From the human T2T-CHM13v2.0 reference genome, Homo sapiens: DNA of 64,000 nt. The notes below the pieces were generated by a model that ran no database searches, was not told the DNA's origin, and saw only the letters and a list, made by a program, of their open reading frames with translations. The first letter of the stretch is position 1, and each line of letters opens with the position of its first letter. A program made the translations under genes and the position numbers. Shown in pieces: positions 15,745 to 30,735 of the stretch. The stretch lies in NCBI RefSeq assembly GCF_009914755.1, contig NC_060944.1, one strand, 5' to 3'.

Positions 15745-15910
15745 CTAAATATAGTTACCATCCCTGTAACCTTTGCATAATTGTTTTTTCAGCCTTCTTC
15801 TCTGTAAAATGGGGATGATAATCCCTACGTTACAGGCCTGTTAAAAAGATTAAACAAACGAATGTCTGTAAAGTTCTTAGCATGGGGTCTGACAATAATA
15901 AGATATCACA
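15745..15910 (+). mobile_element. MIR
   Basis: TCTGTAAAATGGGGATGATAAT...TGTAAAGTTCTTAGCA. Confidence 0.8.
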
Positions 15911-16249
15911 AAAAAACTATTGTCATCAAACCTCTAAGTCTGTGCCTCTGAGGGATGTGGTATCCTGATATAGGTTGGTAGTCTTCCTAAGTAAGTTGAA
16001 TCTCAGGCAGCAGAGGAAAAGTCCAGTGAAGGAGAACTTGAAGATTCTAAATGGATGTGCATAGCACACCCCTTTTGGCAGAACAGTGACTCAAGACTGT
16101 AATAAGCAGAAATTAAGGGAACATCTTCCTCTGGAGCTCCTAGGAGACTTGAAACCAGTGGCAGAGTCTCAGGCCCTGTGGGATGTTACATTACCACAAA
16201 TCTAGCCATAGCCTACTATTACCACTTTTGGTAGGAGCCAGCTATACTA

Positions 16250-16342
16250 TTATTATTATGAGGAAACTAAAGCTATTAAAGGGTTGAGCTGGTATTGGAA
16301 CCCAAATAATCCAACTTTAGAACCTGTGCTCTTTACCACTGT
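16250..16342 (-). mobile_element. MIR fragment
   Basis: ATGAGGAAACTAAAGCT...GAGCTGGTATTGGAACCCA...CTGTGCTCTTTACCACT. Confidence 0.6.
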
Positions 16343-17169
16343 TTTTTTTTTTTGTCTCCTTAAATATGTACGTGCGTGTGTACCTATTATGCACATAAAT
16401 ATAAAATTATATATCTATTAATATATAGTATATATGTTAATATAGAATATCATATATAAAGTTGCAAATTGCCTTAAATATATTTCCCTGTAAAACTGAT
16501 ATTTATAAGTTTAGAACATATTTTTTTCTTGCATTTGAACAATGTTCATGTATACTTTGGTCTCACAAATGAAACCTGTTTGTCATTGTGCTTCCTAAAC
16601 TTGAATATTTTATGGACCCTGTTGAAAGACATTCTCTGGGACCCTTAGTATTGACATAAATAATTTTTTGTTGTAATGTTACTCTAAAATGTAGAAATAT
16701 ATAATCAGGTATAAGTGTATTATGCTTGTGGCTCCTAAAATTATTTAAAAACAAATTTTGAAACTACAAAAGCAATGGCATTCAAATTAATGACACAAGT
16801 TTCATGTGACAATGATGTTTGCTGGAACGAAATTGCTACTTGAGAAATCAATATGGTGTAGAGTTACACAAAACAGGATCTTTAGAGTTCAGCATGACAG
16901 AAGTACCATGTACCATGTGATGAAAACTTTTGCTGCTTTTTTTTTCCTGCTTTTTTTTTCCTGTTGAAATTGCTATGAAACCATTCACAGGATGGGCAGA
17001 AACAGCCTTTGCTCTTGGTGTGAATGCAACATTTATATACTCAGTGTCTACCTTTGTTTGTTCCTCCAAAATAATGGTACTTGGTACAAATTGATTATAA
17101 ATGTGACTTTTCAGTATTTGATCAGAACGGGGGATAATAAGGGAGTCATGCAGATGACACTAACCAGCA

Positions 17170-18290
17170 TTTCTTCTGCTATCTGCATTCTGTCCCTAAG
17201 GGATGTCATCTGGTGTCCTGGCTTTAAAAAACATTCATTTGCTGACAACTCTCTAATTTATGTCTATGGCGTGTATTGCTCCCCTGAACTTCAGATTTGT
17301 GTATCTAACTGCCTAATAGACATCTCGGCTTAGATTTCTAAATCTTACAGTTTACAAGTCCCAAACAAATCTTCTGGCCCACTGACCTGCTCTAAACCTG
17401 CTTGTCCTGTATTCGTCTCCATTTCCCAGAAAGGCAACTCCACTCTTCCTGTCGTACAAGCCCCAAACCGTAGTCGCTCTTTACTTTTCTCTTTTTCTCA
17501 CATCTTAAATCCAGTCACCCTGAAAATCCTGTTGGCCTAAAAATATATCCAGAACCTGAATACTTCTGCCTGCCTCCATTGCTGGCCCCCACTCCCAAGG
17601 CACCATCATTTCTTGCCTGGATGATGGCAGTAACCTCCTCATTTGTCTCCTTGTTTTCACCCTGGCATTCCCAATTATGTAGTGCAAATACAGTATTTTA
17701 CATAGCAATCAGAGTGATGCTTTAAAAGTAAAACACCTAATAGGTTACTACAGCATTCACAGTCTTCAACCCTCTAAAGGGCCCATTTCAGAGTAAAAAC
17801 CAAAACCCTTACCATGTCCGTCAAGGCCCTGCCACTGTTCTTTAGTCAGTTGATTCCAGCCTTACTTTTCTTCAAACAACACACAAGCCTCGACTTTGTG
17901 TAGGCTTTGCACTGCTTTTCCCTCTGCTGGGAATCCTGTTTCCTCAGATGGTCACCTGGCTTGCACCTCCTGGCCTCTGCTTAGATGTCACTTTATCAGT
18001 GAGGCCTTCCCTGACAATCCTATTTAAAAAACTCTGTTCCCAACATACTTCTTCCTCATCACTTTCTCACCTGCTTTATGTTTTTTTTTTTTCCCACGGT
18101 GTGCCTATCACCATGTATTAGTATACACATATAAATGTATATGTATTTCAATTGTTTATTACCTGTCTCTTTCTACTAGGGAATATATAAGTTCCATGAA
18201 TGCAGAAACTTAGTTTTTTCAGTATCTAAAATAGTGCTTGTCACTTATTATATGTGTAATAAACATTTGTTGAAGGAATCAATGAATGCT
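17170..18290 (+). mobile_element. L2 (L2a-like) 3' portion
   Basis: Decayed RT motif FADNSLIY (consensus-like YADDSQIY) in ORF 16992-17333; terminus AATAAACATTTGTTGAAGGAATCAATGAATG. Confidence 0.88.
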
Positions 18291-18977
18291 TAGTTTTTAA
18301 AACTTGTCAGCAGAATAAAAACACGAAAGGAAGTATTATTAGGGAGAGGTTGCAAATCTGAGGGTAAAAATTTTATACCAGCGTGTAACACCAAGGAATG
18401 TACTATGAGTACAACTTAGATTTTGTAAAATGTTAGAAATCTTTTTACTGCCAACTTTCATTTTTATCAATCTAACATCTTTTGAATTTTACAGTTGAAC
18501 ATAACTTCTAATTTCTCCTAAATATTTGCATGTATATTTACAGCTTATTTAAAAGGTAACCACGGCCAATTGTGTGACCACCAACACCATGCTGGGGTGT
18601 TAATATAGTTCAGATTGTCTGAGAGAAAAGTTCTTTGTAAATCAGTCACTCCCCTGATTTTCACTTGGAATTCATCCAATTATTGACAGCACTTAGTTTG
18701 TAACATTTCCTGGACTCAGAAGAGAGGGAAGCTTGCTGAGCTGAAACCCTGATATGCAGTGGAGATTTACATTCAGGGGGAAACAGTGTCTGTTGAACTG
18801 TGTTAACAGCTATCCATGTAGGAAACTCGAACAGTATCCAAAGAGCACACATAATTGTGGTGATTAAGCCGATAAGCTGGTGACACAAGGAAAGAAAGTA
18901 CAAATTGAAGTTTCAGCAACAGGTGTAAGGCACGTGGTCTATCCTTTCCTGGTAGTCTTAGGAAAGTAATAAGATAG

Positions 18978-19425
<448 letters not shown>

Positions 19426-20172
19426 TTAGCTTTTATATTAAAATACTGTTAATATAAAATTAATCCAAGCTTGTCTTCACATTCTGCTGTTTTTTCCCCC
19501 CAGTGTAAATTAATGACTTACTCAAAACAATTTTTAAGTCATTAGCTAAAACGTGTACACATCTTAATAATATATAACAAATAGTGTGTTCATGAATACA
19601 CAGTGTCTTATATACACTTATTATCATGTATGCGATATATTTGTTTGTACTTCAAGAACATTATGAAAATAAGGGATGAAACCATGATTTGATTTGCATG
19701 CATAAGAAAAAAGAGTCTCTTTGTTTAAACAGAAAATTGAGTCGTATTGAAGCCATACTTCAGCATTGTAGGAAGCATCCTGTTATAAGCACGTCTTTCT
19801 TTTCCTTCCTCCCTTTCTTCCTTCATGTTTCAATAGATATTGATTGAGTACCCACTATGTGCCAGGCAATAAAGTACACACTCAGTTTGGCATTGGTATG
19901 AATGCTAATTTAGCAATCCTAGGCTATCCTGGAGTGGCATCTTGAAAGTACTCAGTTGGAGTGAGCTTGCATTTAGTTTTTCAGTTGGGCATGGGAAAGA
20001 TGAGGCCCATTTCCCTGGATTTGGAATCTGGTGGTTTTGCATTTGCCAGGGCAAGGTGCTGTGTTTATTCTCTAAAAGAGTCTCACTTACCTGTTAGTTT
20101 GGCTTCAAAAACTTTTAGCAACCTGAACTTTAATTTTCTGTTATGTGAACACACAGGCACCACACACACATG

Positions 20173-20185
20173 CTATCTATCTATA

Positions 20186-20216
<31 letters not shown>

Positions 20217-20243
20217 ATCTATCTATCTATCTATCTATCTATC
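20173..20243. repeat. (TCTA)n/(GATA)n compound tetranucleotide STR
   Basis: Interrupted CTAT repeats read directly. Confidence 0.97.
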
Positions 20244-21569
20244 TCTGCAAGGTCTTATGGCTTATTTTTCTTCCTAAGTTCTAGACTTGTTTTATTTTAT
20301 CTTCTTATTCTTCCTCTGAGTTCCCTGTTTTAGTTAAAAGTTTGCATTATATATTGTAGCAAATTGTTTTTGAGGAAATGTACTATATTTATTCAATACA
20401 AAAAGATAAATGCGTACATGTCTAGAGGACTGAGAAGATAGATACTTTGAAAACTGCCCTAAGATTGAATGTAATAGGAAGATGAAATGTTCTTAAAAGA
20501 AATTAAATAGATTAACTAACTTATTTCCCACAGACCATTAGCCAGACAGAAAATGATAGGAAAGTCAATGCTTACCTGATCACCTATTTCAATATCTAGA
20601 GGGAGGCCAGAGGTTTCACATCTCATTACCAGTCTTTCCTAATATTATTTCTTTATATCCTTTACTTTTTCATTGGTTACTCATAGGGGAGATGGCTACC
20701 TGAGAGAGCTCTCTATTTGAAAATGTGTTTATTTCAATAAGAACAAAATTATCTGGACATTTTTGTGTAGGATATTAGACAAAATATTTTTATGAAAGAC
20801 CTTGAAGTCTGAACTTTGTGTAGGTTTTCCACAGTACAGAAAGAAGGTGGAGTTTTTGGCTGAAGCTGACCTGCATTTAAGTTGAGATTGAGTGCTGTAT
20901 TACTTCTGTTTTGAATCCTTCTTCAAGACTTGTCCATCATAGTCAATCCCAAAGCTCAGAGTTTCTGAAAAGGATTTTAGGCTGTTAAAAAATACATTGT
21001 ATGGTAACACTTAACAGTTTTTAAGAAAAATGATACATGTGAGATATGATGGATTTTAGAAATTATAATAACACCCTCTGGTTAGTGTTCCTTTACTACT
21101 TCTGTTATAAATCAGGAGTTTGCAATTTTGACAGCTAATCTTTTTTTCTGTCAGCGAAAACTTGAGTCAGCCTCTTAACTATAAGCTAACTGAAAATGAA
21201 GACTCTCTCTCTTAAGATATTGATATATATTTTCCTTGGAATTATAGTTCGAGCCTCTGAATTTTTGTGTCTTTTGGGCTGTCATACCCTGTGATGAACA
21301 GAATAGGACTTTGTTCCTTTACAGCTGGATTAAAGATATAACTTCAGATACTTATTTAAAAATTAGTATTGTTTCCATAATAAGCAAAATAGTATTGTTA
21401 ATTCATAGCACAGGCATTATTTCAAAACAAACTAATGATGAAACTAAGATTTTTAACATAAATCTGCAGTATGGTATGTGTTCTACTGTCCTTATTCCAG
21501 CTGTTGAGGATTTGAAGTGAGAACGGGCCAATTTTAGCATGTGTTGGAACCATCCATTTGTCTATTTGA

Positions 21570-21670
21570 CAAAGATCTTAGAATCTTCCAGTTGAAAAGG
21601 TCTTTGGAGACCATCTACTTCAACTCCCTTAATTTACAGTTGAAGGGATCCGTGGAGAAAGTTACTCCCC
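21570..21670 (-). mobile_element. MIR/MIR3-like fragment
   Basis: TTAGAATC...GTTGAAAAGGTCTTTGGAGACCATCTACTTCAACTCCCTTAATTTACAG. Confidence 0.6.
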
Positions 21671-22178
21671 AACTACTATGTTAATAAGTACAACATTGTT
21701 ACTCAGTTCATTGCCAGGCAAACCTTTGTTAGGAATTTAACAGTTCCACAAATAGCCAACAAATAGTTGGCAAACTTTATATTCTTATTTGTAGGCAGCT
21801 CATCATATTCAGGAAATAATTTTCCCCAGGAGTGCTCTGACTTTAACACATGGAACTTGTTTTCACTGAGAGAACAACTGAAATTCTTTCAGAAGAGATG
21901 TTTTAGAATCTCTGTTATAATAAAACACAGTATAATGTTACATGCACTAGAATGTAGTGAGGTCCAACTTTCATTTTGATTCCATTATTTATTTGAACGC
22001 TCCCTTCCTCCTCTTCTCTTGTTTTGTTTCTTTGTCTCCATGTTTCCAAAAGGAGTTCTTATCTTGGACAACCTATTTCATCTTTAAAACAGAAGTAATA
22101 TTGTCACGTCTTCCTAGATCTGGGGGGCTAAACCCAGAAATTCTCGTGACTTTCTTACTACTCAAGACAGTCTTAGGA

Positions 22179-22487
<309 letters not shown>

Positions 22488-22719
22488 AGGATCTTTATAT
22501 ATTTTTGAATATATTTATTAGGTATCTTCTAAAGTTGTTTAAAGTTGCTTCAAATTTAATTATCAGATTGATTTCTGGAAACATTGTCTTTCTACCTCCT
22601 CAGACTGCTGGGGAATTGACAGGAAAATTTGGAATCAAACACCTAGTTATTAGGGAATATATTTCATTTACTTGCCTGGATTAACCATTCCCCTCCTCCC
22701 GCTCTAGCTGCTATGTGTA

Positions 22720-23230
22720 TTTAGACCTACCTTTATTGTAAAATATTTTAAAAATGTACTTCTATTTTTAAATTATAAAATAAGGCATATTCTCTTTATA
22801 AAATTTGGAAAAATAGAACAATTTAAATAAAATCAAATGTTTATAATCAGGATCTAAAGATGATCTTGCTATATACTGGTGTTTATATATTTCTAGTATT
22901 GCTTCTATTATTTCTTTTCATTTGGAATTACATTGATCATTTCTTTTTTTCTCTTTTGTTCCATTGAATCAATATATCATGGGCATTTTGTCATGTCATT
23001 AAATATTTTTATGAAAGTTGACATAGTGTTACAAAAATGTATCATGTGGATAAATCACAATTTAACCAATCACTATTGTTAGTCATTTGTGTTGTTTCCA
23101 AAATTTGCTATTAGAAATAATGTTATAATGCACATTCTTGTGTGTATATCTACGATAATTTTCTTAGGGTAAATACCCAAATGTGGAATTAGTCATATGG
23201 TATTTTCATATGTAATACCAAAAGGTCCTC
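22720..23230 (-). mobile_element. L1ME-type 3' fragment
   Basis: AATTTAACCAATCACTATTGTTAGTCATTTGTGTTGTTTCCA...TTAGGGTAAATACCCAAATGTGGAATT. Confidence 0.65.
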
Positions 23231-23835
23231 TCGAAATTTTTATTTCTTACCATAGGGCCCATTTACCTCTGTCCTAATTATATATATATATATATGTTTA
23301 GAGTTTAGAGATTCCTCAAAAAGTTAAACATAGAACTACCATAAGACCTAGCAATACCACTCATATGAGTAGTTTTATGTTCATTATGGTAGTTCTATGT
23401 TTAACTTTTTTGAGGAATCTCTAAACTGTTTTTCATAGCACCTGTACCATTTTACATTCCCACCAGCATAGCACAAGTGTTCCAATAGCTCCACTTGTTC
23501 CAATAGTAACACTTGTTGTTTCTTATTTTATTGATAGTAGACACCCTAATCATTATAAAGTGATATCTAATTGAAATTTTTATTTGCATTTCACTGATAG
23601 ATAGTGATGTTGAGCATCTTTGCAGGTACTTACTGGCCATTCGTGTATCTTCTCTGGAAAAATGTCTATTCAAATCCTTTCCCCATTTTTGAATTGAGCT
23701 GTTTGTTTTTCATTGCCATTATTGAGTTTTAGGAGTTCATTATGTGTTTCAGATATTAATCCTGTGTAAGATAGATGATTTGCAAATATTTTCTCTTATT
23801 CTGGGGTTTTTCTTTTTAATCTCTTGAAAATGTTC

Positions 23836-24127
<292 letters not shown>

Positions 24128-26551
24128 TGAAAGTGTTCTTTGATACACAAAAGTTCTACATTCTGATGAAGTCAAGTTTATCTAAATTTATCAAAACACG
24201 CTTGGTAATGGTGTATAATCCTTTAAATATGTTGCTGAATTTATATTGCTAGTATTTTGTCTAGGATTTTTGCATCAATATTCACAAGAAATATTGATTT
24301 GTAGTTTTCTTTTCTTGTAGCGTCTTTGGTTTTGTTATCAGGGCAATACTGGTCCCATAAAACGAGGCAGAAAGTGTTCCTTACTCTTCAATTCCTGAGA
24401 AGAGTTTGAGAAGGAATGAAGTTAATTCTTCCTTAAATGTTTAGTAGAAATCACCAGCAGAAACCTTTGGTCCTATGCTTTTTTGTTGTTGTTGTTGGAA
24501 GCCTTTTGATTATTAATTCAGTCTCCTTAGTAGTTATGAGTCTATCCAGATTTTCTGTCTTCATTTTTCAATTTTAGCAGATAGTGAGTTGCTAGGAATT
24601 TGTTTATTTCATCTAGATTACTCAGTTTGTTGGCATACAAATGTTCATAGTATTCTATTCATAGTCTTTTTCTTTTGTTTTGTAAAACCAACAGCACTTG
24701 CTTTTGGTGCATCCAATAAGTTTTTGTTTGTTGTGATTTTATTTTCATTTGTCTTAAAGCATTTTCTAATTTATTTTGTCATTTATTATTTGATCTACTG
24801 GTTAAGACTGCATAGTTTAATTTCCATATACTTATGAATTTTCCTATTTTCCTTCTGTTAGTGATTCCTAGTTTCATTCCATTGTGATTGGAATTTTTTT
24901 TGTATGATTTCAATCTTTTAAAATTTATTGCAATTTGTTTTGTGGCTTAACATTATTGTCTGTTCTGTAGAATGTTCTATGTATGCTTGAAAAATGAGTA
25001 ATTTATTGTTGGATAGAGTATTCTGTATATGTGTGTTAGGTCTAATTTGTTTACAGTTTTGTTCAAATTTAGTATTTTCTTATTGATGTTCTGTCTGTTG
25101 TACCTGTTATTGAAGGCAAGGTATTGAGTCTTCGACTATTATCTCCCTTGTATTCCAGTATGTAGAACTATTTCTTCCTTCAATTCTAGGAATGTTTGTT
25201 TCACATATTTTGGGGTTTTGTTGTTTGGCACATAATTTATAATTGTTATATATTTTTGATGAATTGACCCTTTTATCAGTATATAATGTGTGTCTTTCTC
25301 CTTTTACAGTTTTTGACTTAAATTCTATTTTGTCTAATAATAGTATAGCAACCCCAACTATCTTTTGGTTACATTTGCATGTAATGTCATTTTCCACCTA
25401 TCAGCCTGTTTCCATCTTTCAATGTATTTGTGTCTTTAGATCTAAATGAAGCCTCTTTTGGATGACATATAGTTGGATCATGTTTCATTTTAATACTTTT
25501 GCTAATTTCTGTGCTTTGGAGATTTTAATACATTTACACTTAAAGTCACTACTGTTAAGGAAAGATTTACTTCTGCCATTTGTTATTTGTTTTCTTATAG
25601 CTTTTTTGTTGCTAATTTGCTCTATTACTGTCTTATTTTTGTTCAATTGATTTTTTTTTGTAGTGAAAAGCTTTGATTCCTTTATTATTTCTTTCGTTTA
25701 TATTCTACAGGTATTTTTTTTGTGGTTACTCTCAGGGCTATATAACATTCTAAATTTATGGCAATGTAATTTGCATGGATACTAGTTAAACTTTGGTCAC
25801 ATACAAAACTGCCTCTATATACCTTCATGTTATTGGTATCTTTATACGCTGTCTACCCAATGACATAGGTTTATAATTGTTATTTATGCATTTGTCTTTT
25901 AAATAATGTGGAAAATAAAAAATAGAGTCACAAACCAAAATTGCAATATTACCTGCTTTGTATCTGCCTATGTATTTACCTTTACCTGAGACCTTTATCT
26001 ATTTATATGGCTTGAAGTTACTGTCAAGCATCCTTTCATTTGAACCTGAAAGACTCGGGTTAGCATTTCTTTTAGGGCTGGTCTAGTGGTAAAAAACAGC
26101 CTTAGCTTTTATCAGCCCCGCCCACACTTTTACTGCCTGAGTTCTAAATTAGATGAAACAAAGATGAGTACCTTGCTTCAGTCCTTCTTGTATCCCTCAG
26201 GCAGGTTAGAGCAAATGTACAAATAATTTGCAAATAAAGTCTGTTCTGCTGTGTTTGCTTTGAGGGAGGGAATGGGAACTGGAATGCTCTGGTTTCCCGA
26301 CCAAGACCACTGTCAGACCAGGGAGAGGGAGGGGCAAGTATGAATAAAGACACCACAAAATTTTCTATTATTTCGAAGATAGGTTTTTTTTTGTTTTTGT
26401 TTTTGTTTTAATTAGGCATTTGCTTGTTTGCTGTAAACTTTTGAGTTTTTTTCACAGCTCCATAAAAGTAGGTTTAGACACTTGCTGCTTGTGTTTTTTG
26501 ATGTTTCTGGGGGATGGGGGCAGGCGGTGGGGGTGTTTAAGAACTTGATGC

Positions 26552-27196
<645 letters not shown>

Positions 27197-27510
27197 TAAA
27201 GTATTTTTTAATGTGTCTAAATTTTTATATTGTCCCTTTAAGGTATACTTATGCCCTGCAAAGTAATTATACACAAACCAATAAGCTAAGAAAGAATGAA
27301 AGGAGTAATAATTTTTGGTGCTACTTTAACTGTGAATTTAGAGTAGGAAGCTTTTTTTGCAAGTATATTTTTTGTATAAAATTAAGAAAATATATAAAAT
27401 AATTGTATCCCCCTTTTTTTAATATTTTTACCTCTTACTCTTTTCAGGTTCTAAAATGTGACTTAATTATGAAGGTTATTAGCAAGAAGTGGCATTTCCA
27501 AAAGTTTCAG

Positions 27511-27560
27511 CACTGATACCACTACAATTACAACTACAATACCACTGATACCACTGATAA
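27511..27560. repeat. Short imperfect tandem repeat (CACTGATAC / CTACAAT units)
   Basis: CACTGATACCACTACAATTACAACTACAATACCACTGATACCACTGATAA. Confidence 0.7.
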
Positions 27561-28249
27561 TTTGCTTCTTCTTTCTCTCCTCTGTCCACATTTTTAGAGT
27601 TGAAGTATATTTTTAGAGTTGAATTTTAATATTTATTTTTGGGGAAGTAATTTTGAAGAGTCAGACATGAAGGGTGATTGTCAAATTTCTTCTTTGTTTA
27701 CAATTTAGGTTGATTGTTAATGACAATTTGTGTACTGGACTGCTGTGATGCAATGGAGTCTGAGACTGGGTTATGGCTCAGCTAGAAAGGGTATTGTGAC
27801 CAATTTATGATGTTTGCCATAGTCCTGGAAGGTGGCAGTATTTATGTCAATCATTTTCCATCTTTATTTTCAGCATCCCTGGAGCCCCAATCTAATAAAG
27901 TCCTCAAATCACCTATGTGCTGCTTTAAATTACCAGCTGTTATAAGGTACTTAATTTGAATCATGTAAATCTATAATAAATTGGGGATGATTTCTCTAGT
28001 AGATCATCTTAGAGGAACTATAATATTTAATGAAAGTCCAAGTAAAGAGCGTATTTAAAATGTCAAAAGACCATAGGTTTATCACATTGAATTCTTTATT
28101 CCTTTGCAGTCTAGACATTTAATTCACCTTGTTTCTGTTCGGGTTCCAACCATCTTTGAACACGCAAAACAATATGATTCACACAACTCTTTGACATACT
28201 CAGCCTAAATTTATACCTAATGTTTACCTACGTAACAGCAGTATTTCAA

Positions 28250-30230
28250 CGCCCTCTTTTTCATTTACTCTTTGGTCAAAGAAAATCTCTTTCACCCAGT
28301 GTTAGCTTAAGTTTTTGATATTGAGCTTCATGTCTCTGAGTGTCATATCTTTAAGTACATTTCCTGAGTTTTCATTTTTAGGCATTATCTACTGGCATTC
28401 CATTATGAAAAGATAATTTGTCTCTTCTTTCTCTCCTCTCTCCGCATTACCCCATAATATACCAGACTTTCTCCACCCTCCAGCTTTCTTACATAATTAT
28501 ATCAAAGTAATGCTATACAAATTATGATATAGCTCTGTTCAGTGTTTGCATTACTATACGTATGAAAAGCGATGAAGAACTAGACATATAACAGCTACAA
28601 TATTTTTTCCTTTTCTGTGCAGCTCTTATTTACCTTGGAGTTAATAATAGCATTTATAGTTATTTGCTTGGTTTTCTATGTACTTGTTAATTCAAACCAA
28701 ACATTTAATCTGTTACCTAAATCTCTTCTCAGGATACCCAGACAAATCTGGTATTCCATCATTTTTGTCTTTCTGAAGAGGATTTTCCTGGAAATTTCTG
28801 ACCTCCTGTCCTGTGAACAAATTATCCTGTAGGTTTTGTATCAACTGTCATCATCCTGGCCTGTCCCCTCACCGTTACCCTGGGGACTCTTCGCATCTTT
28901 CCTCTGTCCTATCTATTGTTTCCTGTGTCTCATCTTCCTGTCTTAGTTTATTCTTTTATTTTGGTGACACTCATCCCTCTGTATCTTTCAAATAAATGCT
29001 ACTTTGCAACTAAATTTTTGAATGATCTTGTATCTGAAAATATACCTTTTACTTTGTTGATGGTTTCCTGACTACCGAATTCTAGATTGAAAGTTTTTTT
29101 CCTCAGTGTTTTGAAAGAATTGTTTTTGTTTTTTCTCCTCTGGAAGCTTGTAGTACACTAGGTACCGAAATTTCTCTATAATGTGCTTTGATGTGGGTTT
29201 ATTTCTATCCGTTGTAATAAGCTTTCTGTGAGCACTTTCACTCATGTTCTCCCTGGGGAATTGTCTAAATTATATCATTGATTTTACCACTCCTCTTGTT
29301 TATCTTTGTGGAATTTATACAATTTGATGTTGGATCTACTGGACTGGCCTTTCTTTCTTACATTTGATCTCTTTGTATTTGATATTTTCTCGATTCTGTC
29401 AACTTTTTATTTTTTGTTATATTTTTTGTTTCCAAGACTTATTTTTTTTGTTCCCCAAATATTCCTCTTTTTTTCCTTTTAGTAAAAGTATTTTGTTTTT
29501 ATGTTATGGTTCTCTTCTCTTATCTCTCTGATATTAATAATAGATTTTTTTAAAGTTTTCTTATTTCTGCATATTGCATTTCCTTCAAGTTGCTATTATA
29601 CATATTAGTTTGCTTAATTTTTAATCTTTCATATTAGTGACTTTCCTCAGATGTCTTGTAGTCTTTTGCTTATCCACTGACATGTAAAGGTGTGGGACAA
29701 AGTAGCTCGATTGGAGTTTTTGTGCATAAGTTTGTCCATATAGTTTTGCAGTATGATGATCCATTTGGGCTATTTAGTTAGGTAAACTTCAGAGTTATCA
29801 TCTCCATATTTTTCTACTTAGGCAGATCAGATATCCCAGAGAAGGATCCTCTAGCCTCCTTCCTGTGGAGGGAGTACCTAGCATCTTCAGAGCCCCCATT
29901 AGGGAGGAAAAATGGGGAGATTCTGGCATCCATTGTGCTTACGTTCACTTAATCTCTCTGTTTTCAGTGTGTTTTCCACTGTTAACTATGCAGAGACCTT
30001 TTACTTTACCCCTTAGCCCTTATTTGAAAATGAAGAGGGACATTTAACTGTATAAGATCCAGGGATGCAATTTGGATATCCACCTGCTTCTTAGATATTT
30101 TTTCAGCAAATCGTTGTTATTTGGCTTTATTCCTTCACCCTTATCTTTGAAGTACCCATAACCACCAATTCCTTAGTCTTTTAGAATTTAGCAGTATAAA
30201 TTTGGTTGGCTCTTACATCATGGACTCAAT
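28250..30230 (-). mobile_element. Very old L1ME-like 5'/ORF1 region
   Basis: Antisense L1-like phrases (TATCTGAAAATATAC, GAATTCTAGATTGAAAGTT, GATGTTGGATCTACTGGACTGG); approximate. Confidence 0.6.
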
Positions 30231-30584
30231 TATTCACCCCTCATTCCTCTCCAATTAATTACCTTCTTTTATCTTTTTTTTTAAACGGTGAAACTTTTAT
30301 AATAAATTGATTTTATTCGTCCTCTGTCTTTCTTTACTTGTCATGCCTCCCAGTCTGGTTTCAGCACCCCTCAACTTTCATTTAAGACACCTCTGTGTTG
30401 ATAAATCTAGCAGATATTTTTGGCCTTTGAATTATTTGACATCTGTGAAGATTTGCCCCAGTTAGGTACTTTCGCCTTCTAGTTTGTCTACAGCTTCTCT
30501 GGAAGCTCTCAGTTTTTTCTAGTTCCATGGTCTTCTACTTTCCTCATGATTCTTTCTTTTAGAGAATATCACTCAAGACCAGTA

Positions 30585-30735
30585 ATATCAATATATCTAA
30601 TATATAATATTAGATCAATATATCTAGTATCAAATATATATGTATGATATATAATATACATGTAACATAATATATAACATATCTCACTATATTATATATG
30701 TGCATGTATCTGTATACATACACAAACATGCATAT
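30585..30735. repeat. AT-rich (TA)n-like low-complexity tract
   Basis: Alternating TA/CA runs. Confidence 0.8.

Noticed and set aside
26509-26533. G-rich run as a G-quadruplex
   Set aside because: Only three full G-tracts; it lies in decayed L1 5' sequence.
27511-27625. Short repeated units as a CRISPR-like array
   Set aside because: Units are 7-13 bp and irregular, with no unique spacers, in a eukaryotic context.
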